Source of the DNA: Acidimicrobiia bacterium
GTDB taxonomy: Bacteria; Actinomycetota; Acidimicrobiia; Spongiisociales; UBA5794
NCBI GenBank assembly: GCA_035458525.1
Contig: DATHZQ010000014.1
Span: forward strand, 2,860-66,859
DNA length: 64,000 bases
Direction: 5' to 3'
Part shown: positions 1 through 10,200 of the stretch, piece after piece
How positions within the stretch are numbered: the stretch's first letter is position 1
How the letters are laid out: each line of letters starts with the position of its first letter
Notes under the pieces: generated by a model
What the model saw: the letters and a program-made list of their open reading frames with translations, nothing else
What the model was told of the DNA's origin: nothing
The model's database searches: none
Translations under genes and position numbers: made by a program

Positions 1-751
1 GATCGTGGCTATCGAAGATCCACGGACCGGTGCCCGCCTGGCGGGCATCGAGCGTCGTGCCGTCGTCGTAGTCCACAGGCGTGATCAGCGACTGTGGGTT
101 GTAGATCGAGATCAGCACCGGCAGGTTGCCGTTCGCCTTGTCGAGATTGACCACTGCCGTGAGTTCGTCGGGGGTCTCGACGGCGCCTTCGCTCACCACG
201 CCGGCGAGACCGGCGCCGGCCACGACCATTCGGTCGACGGTTGCAGCCACATCAGCCGACGTGAATGGCGTTCCGTCGTGCCACGTCACCCCTTCGCGCA
301 GCTTGAACGTCCAGGCGGTTCCGTCAGCGTTCGGCGACCATTCCGTGGCCAAGCCGGTGCTCCCGATGTTGCCGTCCGGTCCGAGACCGACGAGGTACTC
401 GAAGCTCTGCGACAGCACGCTGTATGTGCCGAGGTCGAGCATGTTCAGCGGGTCGAGGCCGGAGTTGGCGTCGCCCTGCTGGATGCCGATCCGCATGCTT
501 CCACCCTGGGTGGGTGCAGCGCTGGTGCCGCCTGCAGCGGTCGTGTCGGTAGCGGCTTCCGTCGAGGCGGTATCGTCGTCGCCTCCACATGCGGCGATGA
601 CGGTGGCCATGAACGGGGCGGAAAGGCCCAGGATTGCTCCCCGCTTGAGGAAATCTCGACGCGAGATGTTCGACCGGGCGTAGTTCTCTACGAGGTCACG
701 CTCGATCGGTCCCACGTTGCGCCGCAGCGCATCGAATATCTTCCAGTTCAT
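1..751 (-). CDS. ABC transporter substrate-binding lipoprotein, family 5 (peptide/nickel/opine type); N-terminal ~250 codons, gene runs off the left edge
   Basis: Absent from the ORF track because it has no stop inside the window. Manual translation from ATG 751..749 gives MNWKIFDALRRNVGPIERDLVENYARSNISRRDFLKRGAILGLSAPFMATVIAACGGDDD. This contains a Tat-like SRRDFLK motif and a lipobox Cys. It continues GGSMRIGIQQGDANSGLDPLN...WTFKLREGVTWHDGTPFTSADV, typical of SBP family 5. The frame stays open to the window edge. Confidence 0.7.
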   Translation of the reverse strand, partial: MNWKIFDALRRNVGPIERDLVENYARSNISRRDFLKRGAILGLSAPFMATVIAACGGDDDTASTEAATDTTAAGGTSAAPTQGGSMRIGIQQGDANSGLDPLNMLDLGTYSVLSQSFEYLVGLGPDGNIGSTGLATEWSPNADGTAWTFKLREGVTWHDGTPFTSADVAATVDRMVVAGAGLAGVVSEGAVETPDELTAVVNLDKANGNLPVLISIYNPQSLITPVDYDDGTTLDARQAGTGPWIFDSHD

Positions 752-940
752 ATTGTCTCCCTGTGTATGCCTTCGGCCCCTGACCATACGCGCCTGCGGA
801 ACCGATGTGCAGCATGGCGAGCGTACCAGTCGAGCCCGTCGGTTTCCTGTGAGACTGAAAACGCTTGCAGGCGAACGACACCCGGCGGGTGCGGCAGAGC
901 GAAGGTTGCGGCACCATCGTCGGGCGCCGGGGCACTACAA

Positions 941-2125
941 CTAGACCCGGCGCGGGTGTACGTCCAGGTGCAGTGACGATCCCTCATACGGGTGGGCGCG
1001 GGCGACCGATTCGTCGAGCTCGACGCCCAATCCGGGTGTGGTTGGAGGGATCAGATAGCCGTCTTCCCACGTTGGCGGCGAATGGAGCAGCTCGGCGTGG
1101 AAGCCGTCCCATCGCCGGATACCCTCCTGGATCAGGAAATTGGGGCTGCACGTGTCGAGTTGGACACATGCCGCCGCTTCGATCGGGCCGGCGTACATGT
1201 GGGGGGCGACATGGGCGTAATGGGCTTCCGCCATCGCCGCGATCTTCTTCGCTTCGAGGATGCCGCCAACCCGTCCCAGATTCGGCTGGAGGATCTGGGC
1301 TGCTTGCCGGGTGAGGATCTCCCGGAACTCGTACTTGGTCGCCAGCCGCTCACCGGTCGCCACCGGGATGCTCGTTCCGTGCGCCACGGTGGCCATGGCG
1401 TCGACGTTCTCGGGCGGCACCGGCTCCTCGAACCAAAGCGGGTCGTACGGCTCGATGCGCCGGGCCACCCGGAGCGCACCAGACGGACTGAACTGACCAT
1501 GTGTTCCGAAGAGGAGGTCGCAGCGGGTGCCGACTGCCTCCCTGATCTGGCGGACGAACCGTTCGATGCGGTCGAGCGACTCGAGGCTCGGCTGGCTGGG
1601 ATCGAACGCCGTGTAGCGATCTGCCGGGTCGAATTTGATCGCGGTGAAGCCCAGGTCTGCGTACTGGGCGGCTCGCTGTGCAGCCAGGTCGGGGTCTGCG
1701 TACACGTCGGTGCGGTCGCCGTCTTCCGGGTAGAGATACGTGTAGGTGCGGAGGCGATCGTGGACCCGGCCACCCAGCAGCTCGTAGACCGGTCTGCCGG
1801 CTTCCTTTCCGATGATGTCCCAGCACGCCATCTCCAGCCCGCTGAGGATCGCCATCATGCTGAGATCGGACCGCAGCGTATAGCCAGTGGCATACACGGC
1901 TCGCCAAAGACGTTCGATCGCGGTTGGGTCGTGATCGAGCAAGTGGCGTGCGAACACGTCTGCGATCATCGACTCGACGACACCGGGGCTGAAGGGAACG
2001 GAGTAGACCTCGCCGATGCCGGTGACGCCGCCGTCCGTCGTCAGCTTGACGAACACGAAGTACCGGCCCCCGTACGACGGTGGCGGGTTGGCGACGACGA
2101 ACGTTTCGAGGTCGACGATCTTCAT
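941..2125 (-). CDS. Enolase-superfamily enzyme (mandelate racemase / muconate lactonizing / D-galactonate dehydratase-like)
   Basis: Track ORF 941..3070 is 5'-extended across the next gene. The real start is ATG 2125 (MKIVDLETFVVANPPPSYGGRYFVFVKLTTDGGVTGIGEVY...), giving 394 aa. Family-typical segments: AIKFDP, PLWFEEPVPPENVD, IPVATGERL. The start overlaps the upstream stop (ATGA 2122-2125). Confidence 0.85.
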   Translation of the reverse strand: MKIVDLETFVVANPPPSYGGRYFVFVKLTTDGGVTGIGEVYSVPFSPGVVESMIADVFARHLLDHDPTAIERLWRAVYATGYTLRSDLSMMAILSGLEMACWDIIGKEAGRPVYELLGGRVHDRLRTYTYLYPEDGDRTDVYADPDLAAQRAAQYADLGFTAIKFDPADRYTAFDPSQPSLESLDRIERFVRQIREAVGTRCDLLFGTHGQFSPSGALRVARRIEPYDPLWFEEPVPPENVDAMATVAHGTSIPVATGERLATKYEFREILTRQAAQILQPNLGRVGGILEAKKIAAMAEAHYAHVAPHMYAGPIEAAACVQLDTCSPNFLIQEGIRRWDGFHAELLHSPPTWEDGYLIPPTTPGLGVELDESVARAHPYEGSSLHLDVHPRRV

Positions 2126-3213
2126 GAGCTCACTCCTTCGAAAACGATCACGTTGCGCATGGCGTCCCCTTGCCGGGTCGAAGCGATCGCTTCGTTGATG
2201 TTGTCGACGGCGAAGCGCCCGGAGATGAGTTCGTCGAGCAGCAGTTCCCCTCCCATGTAGCGCTCGGCCAGCAGCGGCGTGTCCCTGGCCAGGTTGCTGG
2301 AGCCCATCCGCGAACCCACGACGCGTCGTGCCGTGTAGGCGAAGTAGCCCATATCGAATCCTGCGCGCGCTCCGGTTTCGCTCATGCCGACGACGACCAG
2401 GGTGCCACCCGGTCGCGCCAGCTCGAAGGCTGCTTCGATTGCTTTTGGACTCCCGACCGCGACGAACACGAAGTCGGCGCCCCGCCCAGCCGTCACGGCG
2501 GCGACGTCGCCTGTCAGGCCCGGTCCTGCCGCAATGGTGTGGGTCGCGCCGAAGCGTGGCGCGGCCACGAGCTTCGTCGCATTGGTGTCGATTGCGATGA
2601 CGGGTTTGGCACCGGCAGCTCTTGCCCCTTGGAGGCAGTTCACCCCGACGCCGCCGACCCCGACCACGGCAACAGAAGCTCCCGCCGGGACGCGTGCGGT
2701 GTTGGTCACGGCGCCGTATCCCGTGGGGACTCCGCACGCGAGCAGCGACGCAGCGTCGAAGGGAATCGACCGAGGAATCGGTGCGAGCTGCGACTCGTGC
2801 ACCACGACCTCTTCGGCGAAGGCCCCGACTCCAATGCCTTGCCCAACGGGCCGGCCCTCCGAGTCTCGGAGCCGCGACTCGTTGTCGAGAGGGAAACTCG
2901 TTTCGCAGTGGATCGTCTCGCCGCTCACGCAATAGAAGCAGTGGCCGCAGGTGCGGAGGAGCGAGACGACGACGTGGTCCCCGGCAGCGACGCTTGTAAC
3001 GTTCGATCCGAGCTTCGTCACGATGCCCGCCGCCTCGTGACCGTAGACAACCGGGAGCTCGCCGCCCCACGCACCGTCTGCGGCGTGGATGTCGGATCCG
3101 CAGATCGCCACTGCTGCGATGCGGACCCGCACTTCGTGATCGTCCGGTGCGGCGAGGGTCAGGTCTTCGATGACGAGGGGTTGGCCAAACTGTCTGGTGA
3201 CGGCTGCTCTCAC
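2122..3213 (-). CDS. Zn-dependent alcohol dehydrogenase (MDR family, class III-like)
   Basis: Track ORF runs to a TTG at 3279. The more plausible start is GTG 3213 (VRAAVTRQFGQPLVIEDL...). Motifs: ICGSDIH, GHEAAGIV, the structural-Zn cluster CGHCFYCVSGETIHC, and the Rossmann segment VAVVGVGGVG. Confidence 0.85.
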   Translation of the reverse strand: MRAAVTRQFGQPLVIEDLTLAAPDDHEVRVRIAAVAICGSDIHAADGAWGGELPVVYGHEAAGIVTKLGSNVTSVAAGDHVVVSLLRTCGHCFYCVSGETIHCETSFPLDNESRLRDSEGRPVGQGIGVGAFAEEVVVHESQLAPIPRSIPFDAASLLACGVPTGYGAVTNTARVPAGASVAVVGVGGVGVNCLQGARAAGAKPVIAIDTNATKLVAAPRFGATHTIAAGPGLTGDVAAVTAGRGADFVFVAVGSPKAIEAAFELARPGGTLVVVGMSETGARAGFDMGYFAYTARRVVGSRMGSSNLARDTPLLAERYMGGELLLDELISGRFAVDNINEAIASTRQGDAMRNVIVFEGVSS

Positions 3214-3303
3214 GGGGCGAAACGCTACCAGTGGGCGACCTCGCCGCCCGTCGATTCTCGGTAATCTCGCCAGCGCCAAGATGGCCCTGCTCGGAGGTAC
3301 GGA

Positions 3304-4266
3304 GTGACGAAGATTGGATTCATCGGCCTCGGCAATGTGGGCGGCAAGCTCTCCATGAGTCTCGTTCGCAACGGCTTCGACGTCGTCGTGCTCGACCTGG
3401 ACCCGGCGGCGATGCAGCCGCTGCTCGGTGCCGGAGCTGCGGCGGGAGCCTCACCCGCGGGGATCGCCGCGTCGTGCGACATCGTCATCACGTGCCTGCC
3501 GAGCCCCGAGATCTCGGCGCAGGTGCTCGAAGCTCCGGACGGGGTGTTGGCCGGGCTCGGTCCGGGGAAGATCTGGGCCGAGATGAGCACGACCGACGAA
3601 GACGAGGTACGCCGGCTCGGGGCGCTCGTCGCCGCCACCGGCGCTGCGGCCATCGATTGCCCCGTGTCGGGCGGTTGCCATCGGGCCGCCACCGGCAACA
3701 TCGCCATCTTCGGCGGTGCCGATCGTGAGACGTTCGAGCGCATGCTGCCGGTGCTGACCGCCATGGGGAGAGAGATCCTTCACACCGGGCCGCTCGGCTC
3801 GGCGTCGATCCTCAAGGTCGTGACCAACTACTTGGCGTCGGCGAACCTGGTGTCGCTCGCCGAGGCGCTCGTGGTGTCGAAGCAAGCCGGCATGGACCTC
3901 AACACGACGTACGAGGCGATCCGGATCTCCTCGGGGAACTCCTTCGTGCACGAGACCGAGAGTCAGGTGATCCTCAACGGCAGCCGCAACATCAATTTCA
4001 CGATGGATCTCGTGGTGAAGGACATGTCGCTGTTCTCCCGAGTCGCCGATCGCGCCGGCGTCGAGCTCGAGCTCGCACCGATGCTGCTCGACATCTTCCG
4101 GGACGGACAGTCCCGATACGGAGACCGCGAATGGTCGTCAAACATCATCCGTCGTCTCGAAGACCGCGTGGGCATCGAGGTGCTGGCGCCCGGCTTCCCG
4201 CCGGAGATGATCGACGACGAGCCGGAGCAGCCTGGTTTCGAGGTCGGCGTCGGGTCAGGCACGTGA
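3304..4266 (+). CDS. NAD(P)-dependent 3-hydroxyisobutyrate / 6-phosphogluconate dehydrogenase-like oxidoreductase
   Basis: GTG start preceded by GGAGG. N-terminal dinucleotide fold MTKIGFIGLGNVGGKLS. 320 aa, typical HIBADH-family length and layout. Confidence 0.85.
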   Translation: MTKIGFIGLGNVGGKLSMSLVRNGFDVVVLDLDPAAMQPLLGAGAAAGASPAGIAASCDIVITCLPSPEISAQVLEAPDGVLAGLGPGKIWAEMSTTDEDEVRRLGALVAATGAAAIDCPVSGGCHRAATGNIAIFGGADRETFERMLPVLTAMGREILHTGPLGSASILKVVTNYLASANLVSLAEALVVSKQAGMDLNTTYEAIRISSGNSFVHETESQVILNGSRNINFTMDLVVKDMSLFSRVADRAGVELELAPMLLDIFRDGQSRYGDREWSSNIIRRLEDRVGIEVLAPGFPPEMIDDEPEQPGFEVGVGSGT

Positions 4267-4652
4267 CGGCACGTGGCCGCTGTCTGTGCGGTGCCGTGCG
4301 GTACGAAGTGGAAGGGCCGCTGCGGGACGTGATCGACTGCCACTGTGAGCGCTGCCGGCGGCACACGGGACACTTCATGGCTGCCACGGCGACTGCGGCT
4401 GCGGCCGTTGCAATCAGCGGGAAGGGCCTCCGCTGGTACAACCCGACCGAGCGTGTCCAGTACGGCTTCTGTGGCGAGTGCGGATCGACCCTGTTCTGGC
4501 GGGCCTCCGACAGACCGGACACCATCTCGATCGCGGCCGGTACCCTCGACCCACCAACCGGGCTCACGACCACGACGGCGCTGTTCACGGCCGTTGCGAG
4601 TGACTATCACCGCCTGGACGACTCGATCCACCAGTACGACTACGACCACTGA
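4263..4652 (+). CDS. GFA / CENP-V family zinc-binding protein (glutathione-dependent formaldehyde-activating enzyme-like)
   Basis: In-frame GTG 4263 overlaps the upstream stop (GTGA). Cys pattern CLCGAVRYEV...CHCERCRRHTGH...GFCGECGSTLFW. Track ORF 4131..4652 is 5'-extended into the previous gene. Confidence 0.7.
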   Translation: MTARGRCLCGAVRYEVEGPLRDVIDCHCERCRRHTGHFMAATATAAAAVAISGKGLRWYNPTERVQYGFCGECGSTLFWRASDRPDTISIAAGTLDPPTGLTTTTALFTAVASDYHRLDDSIHQYDYDH

Positions 4653-4663
4653 GAGGTTTCCGA

Positions 4664-6118
4664 ATGCTGGACCTGGGACTGTTCATCGACGGCGAGCGGG
4701 TCGACGCCACTTCCGGCGAGACGTTCGACTCGGTCAACCCGGCGACCGGCGAGGTGCTGGCACGGGTGGGGCAGGCGTCGCAGGAGGACGTCGATCGGGC
4801 GGTGGCGTCTGCGGCTGCCGCATTCGTCCGGTGGTCGGCGATGCCTGCGGCACAACGAGCCCGCATCCTGCATCGAGCTGCAGGGATATTGCGGGAACGC
4901 AACGACGAGATTGCCCGCATGGAGGTGCTCGACACCGGCAAGCCGATCAGCGAGGCGATCGGCTACGACGTCGACAATGCCGCAGACACGCTGGAGTTCC
5001 TCGCAGGAGTGGCGCGGACGATTCACGGCGAGCACATGGACTTCGGCGGCTCGTTCTCGTATACGCGGCGGGAGCCGCTCGGGGTTTGTGCGGGCATCGG
5101 GGCGTGGAACTACCCGTTCCAGATCGCCACGTGGAAGTCGGCCCCTGCGCTGGCGTGTGGCAACACGATGATCTTCAAGCCGGCGGAGCTGACACCGGTC
5201 TCTGCGCTGTTGCTGGCCGATGTCTATGCCGAGGCGGGAGTGCCGCCTGGCGTCTTCAACGTGGTGCAGGGCGATCACCGGGTGGGGGAGATGCTCACCC
5301 GTCATCCCGGCATCGCCAAAGTGTCGCTCACCGGTGAGGTCGGCACCGGCAAGAAGGTGATGGCCGCGGCGGCGACCACGCTGAAGGAGGTCACCCTCGA
5401 GTTGGGCGGAAAATCGCCGCTCATCGTGTTCGCCGATGCCGATCTCGACGATGCCGTGTCGGCAGCGCTGCTCGCCAACTTCTACACCCAGGGCGAGGTG
5501 TGCTCCAACGGCACCCGGGTGTTCGTGGAGCGGGCTATCCACGACGAGTTCATGTCGCAGTTGCGCAGCCGGACCGAGAAGATGGTCATCGGCGATCCGC
5601 TCGACCCGGCGACCCACGTCGGCGCCCTCATCTCGCAGGACCATATGGAGAAGGTGCTCGGCTACGTCCAGCTCGGGGTCGAGAGCGGCGCCAACCTCGT
5701 CATCGGCGGGCGACGCGCGGCCGGGGACGGCCTCGACGACGGCTTCTTCGTGGAGCCAGCAGTGTTCGACGGGTGCACCGACGACATGCGGATCGTGCAA
5801 GAGGAGATCTTCGGCCCCGTGATGGCCGTGCTGACATTCGACACCGAGGACGAAGTGGTCACCCGTGCCAACGACACCCACTACGGGTTGGCGGCTGGGC
5901 TGTTCACGAAGGATCTGGCTCGGGCGCATCGCGTGGCTGCGGCCCTCGAAGCGGGCAACGTGTGGATCAACACGTACAACATCACGCCGCCCGAGGTGCC
6001 CTTCGGCGGGTACAAGCAGTCCGGCATCGGCAGGGAGAACAGCGCCGCCGTTGTCGATCACTACACCCAGCGCAAGACCGTCTACGTGGGCATGGAGGGC
6101 ATCGAAAGCCCGTATTGA
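4664..6118 (+). CDS. betB: Betaine aldehyde dehydrogenase
   Basis: 484-aa ALDH with FKPAELTP, VTLELGGKSP, the catalytic-Cys segment QGEVCSNGTRVFV, EEIFGPV, and the tail GGYKQSGIGRENS...YTQRKTVYV. Strong overall resemblance to BetB. Confidence 0.85.
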   Translation: MLDLGLFIDGERVDATSGETFDSVNPATGEVLARVGQASQEDVDRAVASAAAAFVRWSAMPAAQRARILHRAAGILRERNDEIARMEVLDTGKPISEAIGYDVDNAADTLEFLAGVARTIHGEHMDFGGSFSYTRREPLGVCAGIGAWNYPFQIATWKSAPALACGNTMIFKPAELTPVSALLLADVYAEAGVPPGVFNVVQGDHRVGEMLTRHPGIAKVSLTGEVGTGKKVMAAAATTLKEVTLELGGKSPLIVFADADLDDAVSAALLANFYTQGEVCSNGTRVFVERAIHDEFMSQLRSRTEKMVIGDPLDPATHVGALISQDHMEKVLGYVQLGVESGANLVIGGRRAAGDGLDDGFFVEPAVFDGCTDDMRIVQEEIFGPVMAVLTFDTEDEVVTRANDTHYGLAAGLFTKDLARAHRVAAALEAGNVWINTYNITPPEVPFGGYKQSGIGRENSAAVVDHYTQRKTVYVGMEGIESPY

Positions 6119-6137
6119 GCAGTAGTCGAGAGTCCGG

Positions 6138-6162
6138 CCTCAACCTCGAGTCAAGGTTGAGG
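6138..6162. terminator. Perfect 9-bp stem / 7-nt loop hairpin between convergent betB and the SIR2 gene (possible bidirectional terminator)
   Basis: CCTCAACCT-cgagtca-AGGTTGAGG read directly. It lies 20 nt after the betB stop and overlaps the last codons and stop of the minus-strand SIR2 gene. There is no clear U-tract. Confidence 0.4.
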
Positions 6163-7072
6163 CGTCGGGCATCGGCGCCTGCTGTTCGTCGAGCCGGCTC
6201 TGGATGCCGGTCACGAACTGGTCGAGATCGCCCCAGAAGACTTCGATGCTCTTCTCACACATGTATTCGGCGAGATAGCCCCGCTGGTTCCGGTCGCTCA
6301 CCGGAAGCTGAACCGAGACGCTGCGTCCGCGCAGCGACGCTTCCATGGCGATGACGAGCGCTTGGAAGATGACCTTGAAATCCCAATCCTTCAAGCCGTA
6401 GCCCATGAACATCAACGACGTCCCGGTCAGGGCTTGTTGGATCATGTCGGGAAGCAGCTGTTTGCGATGCCACGACAGCTCGACGATGAAGGTCAGGTAG
6501 TCGTCCTCGGTGATCACGATCGACTCTGGCCGATCCTGGATACCGTGGAGGTGGTAGACCAGCGGCTCTTCCACGGTGGGCTGGTAGTCAGGGTCATCGA
6601 AACACGAAGGCTCGGCCAGCGCTCTCACCTTGGGGTTCCACCGGCAGTACTCACGATGCGGGCGCTTGCCCTTCGCCTCGAGCGCCTTGGTCATGAAGTC
6701 GTCGTAGTTGGTCGTGAGATAGATCGGGAGATCCAAAGTGGCCAGCAATCCATGCGCCTCGTTGGGCGCGTCGAAGTTGGGAGGTGCGACACCGGAGAAT
6801 CCCTTTGCGATCAACTCTTTCGGGCACTCGGGTCCGTGGCGGATCGAGAGGAACTGGGCGACATCGATGAGATCGAGCTGCTCGTCCTCTCTGTGGTCGT
6901 GGGGGAAGTCGTACTCTTGCGCCCAGCTCCTGGCGAGCTGGCCGCCCGAGGGGAGTGCGCTGGCGATCGACGCGGCGGCCGCACCGATGAACGGTGTGAC
7001 CTTGCCGTTGTGGAGACGGTGCATGAGGTAATCCCATGCAACCTCCGCCATGTCCAATTCAGGAGTTGTCAT
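6140..7072 (-). CDS. Stand-alone SIR2-like protein (SIR2_2 / DHS-like NAD-binding family)
   Basis: Probable start ATG 7072 (MTTPELDMAEVAWDYLMHRL...), 310 aa; the track ORF is extended to 7177. SIR2_2 motifs in order: FIGAAAASIASALPSG, LPIYLTTNYDDFMTKAL, VYHLHG (catalytic His context), IVITEDDY, FMGYGLKDWDFKVIF. Confidence 0.75.
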   Translation of the reverse strand: MTTPELDMAEVAWDYLMHRLHNGKVTPFIGAAAASIASALPSGGQLARSWAQEYDFPHDHREDEQLDLIDVAQFLSIRHGPECPKELIAKGFSGVAPPNFDAPNEAHGLLATLDLPIYLTTNYDDFMTKALEAKGKRPHREYCRWNPKVRALAEPSCFDDPDYQPTVEEPLVYHLHGIQDRPESIVITEDDYLTFIVELSWHRKQLLPDMIQQALTGTSLMFMGYGLKDWDFKVIFQALVIAMEASLRGRSVSVQLPVSDRNQRGYLAEYMCEKSIEVFWGDLDQFVTGIQSRLDEQQAPMPDASTLTRG

Positions 7073-7082
7073 CTCGCCGCCT

Positions 7083-7142
7083 ACCCTACGCACTCGGCTG
7101 CATCGGTGTGGCCCTGCAAGCAGCGGTCTGGATGCGTAGGGT
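7083..7142. promoter_or_regulatory. 10-bp perfect inverted repeat (ACCCTACGCA ... TGCGTAGGGT) in the divergent SIR2 / STAND-operon intergenic region
   Basis: Arms at 7083-7092 and 7133-7142, separated by 40 nt, inside the 148-nt divergent promoter region. Function unknown: operator pair or leader RNA stem. Confidence 0.25.
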
Positions 7143-7220
7143 GGGCTGGAAGAATCTCGGATGCCGGCGGGCCCCATTCCTACTCCCGCTCACGACCCTG
7201 AACCAACCCCCGGAGACAGC

Positions 7221-10200
7221 ATGCGCCGGTTGGAGCGAGCGCCCTCGCGGGCGGCCAGGATTGGCCTGGCTGGTCCGCGTCCGTCACGCTCCTCGTCAGC
7301 CCGCAGGTTCCTCGCAGCCTGCGGTGTCGGGGCGCTCCTGGTTGCCACCATGCCCCTCACTCCGGCGCTGGCGGACGAAGACTTGTGCAGCGGCGAGTAC
7401 GTCGCATCCTTCGGGGATCACCTCACTCGGGGGGTCGGCAGAACAGGCGATGTCGTCGAGCTGGCGGTGGCCATCCCCCCGGGCGTCTATGACGTGACGC
7501 TGGTCTCCTCGGACAACAACCATCCGGAGGCGGACCAGCCGAACGAGTCGTGGGGTGCGTTGCTGTATGCCGACGGCGAGCTGATTGCCGCAACAGGTTT
7601 CTCCGATGACTTGGACGCCGATGACGACATCGCCAGCTTCGATCTCGCTGAGGACGTCGAAGTGCTGTCGACTGTCACCGCCGCACAGGCGACGCTTGCG
7701 CTCGGGGGCTACTCGATCACCGCCGAGTGCGCCGTCTTCGAAGTCATCACCCAATACCGACCGCCCATCACGGAGCCGGACGAGGTCACCACCAACGAGG
7801 ACGAGCCGGTCGCCCACGACGTGCTCGCCAACGACAGCGACCCGGATGAGGAGCTACTCACGGCGCAGATCGTCGAGCAACCGGCCAACGGCACGGCGTG
7901 GGTGGATGACGGCACCGGTGAAGTCGTCTACCAGCCGAACGACGACTTCAACGGTGGTGACTCGCTGCTGTACGAGGCGTGCGATCCCATTCCCATCTGC
8001 ACGGGTCCCGAGCGGCTCGACATCACCGTCTTGCCCGTCCCCGATCCACCCGTTGCGTTCGACGACGATGGGGTGACGGCGGAGGACGTCGCCGTGACCA
8101 TCGACGTCGCGGCCAATGACGTAGACGTCGACGGCGACCTGGACCGCACCAGCGTGAGTCCATCCGATGGCGTCAATGGCCAGACGACGGTGGACGGCGA
8201 CGGCATCGTCACCTATGTGCCGGACCCGGGGTTCGTCGGCGACGACGGCTTCGTGTATCAGATCTGCGACCTGGCAGGAGAGTGCGACTCGGCCGACGTC
8301 GCGGTGACTGTCATCAGCAACGCCCCGCCCGTTGCCGGAGACGACTCCGCCACCGTGATCGAAGATGGCTTGGTCGTGATCGACGTCGTGGCCAACGATG
8401 CCGATCCGGACGGGAACCTGGACCCATCGACCGTCACGCTCGTTGCAGGGCCGGCCGCCGGCACGGTGAGCATCGACGCAGTGTCCGGGGCGCTCACCCT
8501 CGAGCCCGAATCCGATTCGGTCGAGACCCAGACCATGCAGTACTCGGTGTGCGACACGTTCGGTGCGTGCAGCGATCCGGCGACCGTTGTGGTGACGGTC
8601 ACCCCCGTCAACGATGCACCCTCGTTCGTTGCAGACGCCCCTCCGTTGGTTGCGATCAACGCCGGGCCGGTTGTCGTCACCGATTGGGCCACGTTCGATC
8701 CAGGTCCTATGGACGAGGACTGGCAGCGCGCCACGTACGTCGTCGACGTCGCCGACCCCGGGTTGTTCGCCGCAAGCCCGACCGTCGACGCCAACGGCAC
8801 CCTGCGTTTCACACCCGGCGGCGTCGAGGGCAGCACCGAGATGACGGTCCTTGTCAGCGACGACGGCGGGACGGATGACAACGGCGTCGATACCTCGCCT
8901 CCGAGCACCTTCACGATCTTCATCGGCAACGGTCTTCCGAATGCCGTCAACGATGCGTTCGTCACCGACGAGGACGTACCGGTGACGATCAATGTCGCCG
9001 CCAATGACGGCGATCCGGACGGGGATGTGTTGCAGTTCTCCCTCGTCAGCGCTCCCAGCCTCGCCAAAGCGTTCGATCTGGCGGCCGACGGCCTACTGGT
9101 CTACGAGCCGCTCGACAACGAGTTCGGCACCGACACGCTGATCTACGAGGCGTGCGACCCGGGTGGCCTCTGCGACGAGGCGGAGGTCACCATCTCGATC
9201 GTCGAGGTGAACGATCGGCCGGTGGCGCAATCCGACAAGCGAGACGACGTGCTCGAAGACGGCGCGGTCGAGATCGCAGTGCTGGACAACGACTCCGATG
9301 TCGATGGTGAGGAGCTCCGGGCGGTGCTCGGGCTGGAGATGGCCAACCTTCCTCAGGGCGAAGACCATGGATTCGATCCCGCCGACCTCGGGTCGGTCCG
9401 TGTCACCGATGCCGGGACCATCGCGTACGTCCCGCCCCCCGACTCGTACGGCACGCAGACCTTCACCTACCACGCATGCGATCCGCGCGGCCTGTGCGAT
9501 CCGGCGACCGTCACGGTTGACGTCGCCCCGGTCAACGATGCCCCCAGCTTCAGCGCCTCGAACCCGCCGGCAATCAGCCCGGATGCAGGTAGGCAGACGA
9601 TCGCCGGTTGGGCGTCGTTCACCCGAGGCCCTTCGAACGAGCAGGACCAGTCGGTGTCGTTCGTCGTGACGAACGTGAGTGATCCACGACTGTTCGACGC
9701 ATTGCCGGCTGTCACCGCCGCCGGCGAACTCAGCTATACGCCTTCGGGAGTTGCCGGGTCCTCCACCTTCACCGTGGTGGCACGAGACGACGGTGGAACG
9801 GCGAACGGCGGTCGGGACCGTAGCTCGCCGGGCACATTCGAGATCAGCGTCCGTGAGCGGCCCGACAATTCGCCGCCGACCGTGCGCAGCGACGTCGCAA
9901 GGACAGAGATCGGTGGGACGGTCGCCGTCGATGTACTGCAGAACGACGACGATCCGGATGGCGACCGCATCTTCGTGGACGCCGCCTTTGCCGCTGAGCA
10001 TGGCTCGGTGGAGGTTCTCGCCAACGGCTTCGTCGGCTATACGCCGGCTGCGGGGTACTACGGCGCAGACTCGTTCTCGTACCGTGTGTGCGACGACGGG
10101 AATCCGGTCCGATGCGCCGTTGGCATCGTCCGCGTGACGGTCGAGGCGGACCCCGCCGACCTCGTCGATGTCGCCCTGAATCTCGCCGGACCGGATCCGC

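Noticed and set aside
941-3070. 709-aa minus-strand ORF, the longest call in the first 3 kb
   Set aside because: Only the C-terminal 394 codons (from ATG 2125) look like a protein (enolase superfamily). The N-terminal 315 codons are Arg/Gly/Pro-rich and run out of frame across the genuine Zn-ADH gene, so this is a high-GC shadow extension.
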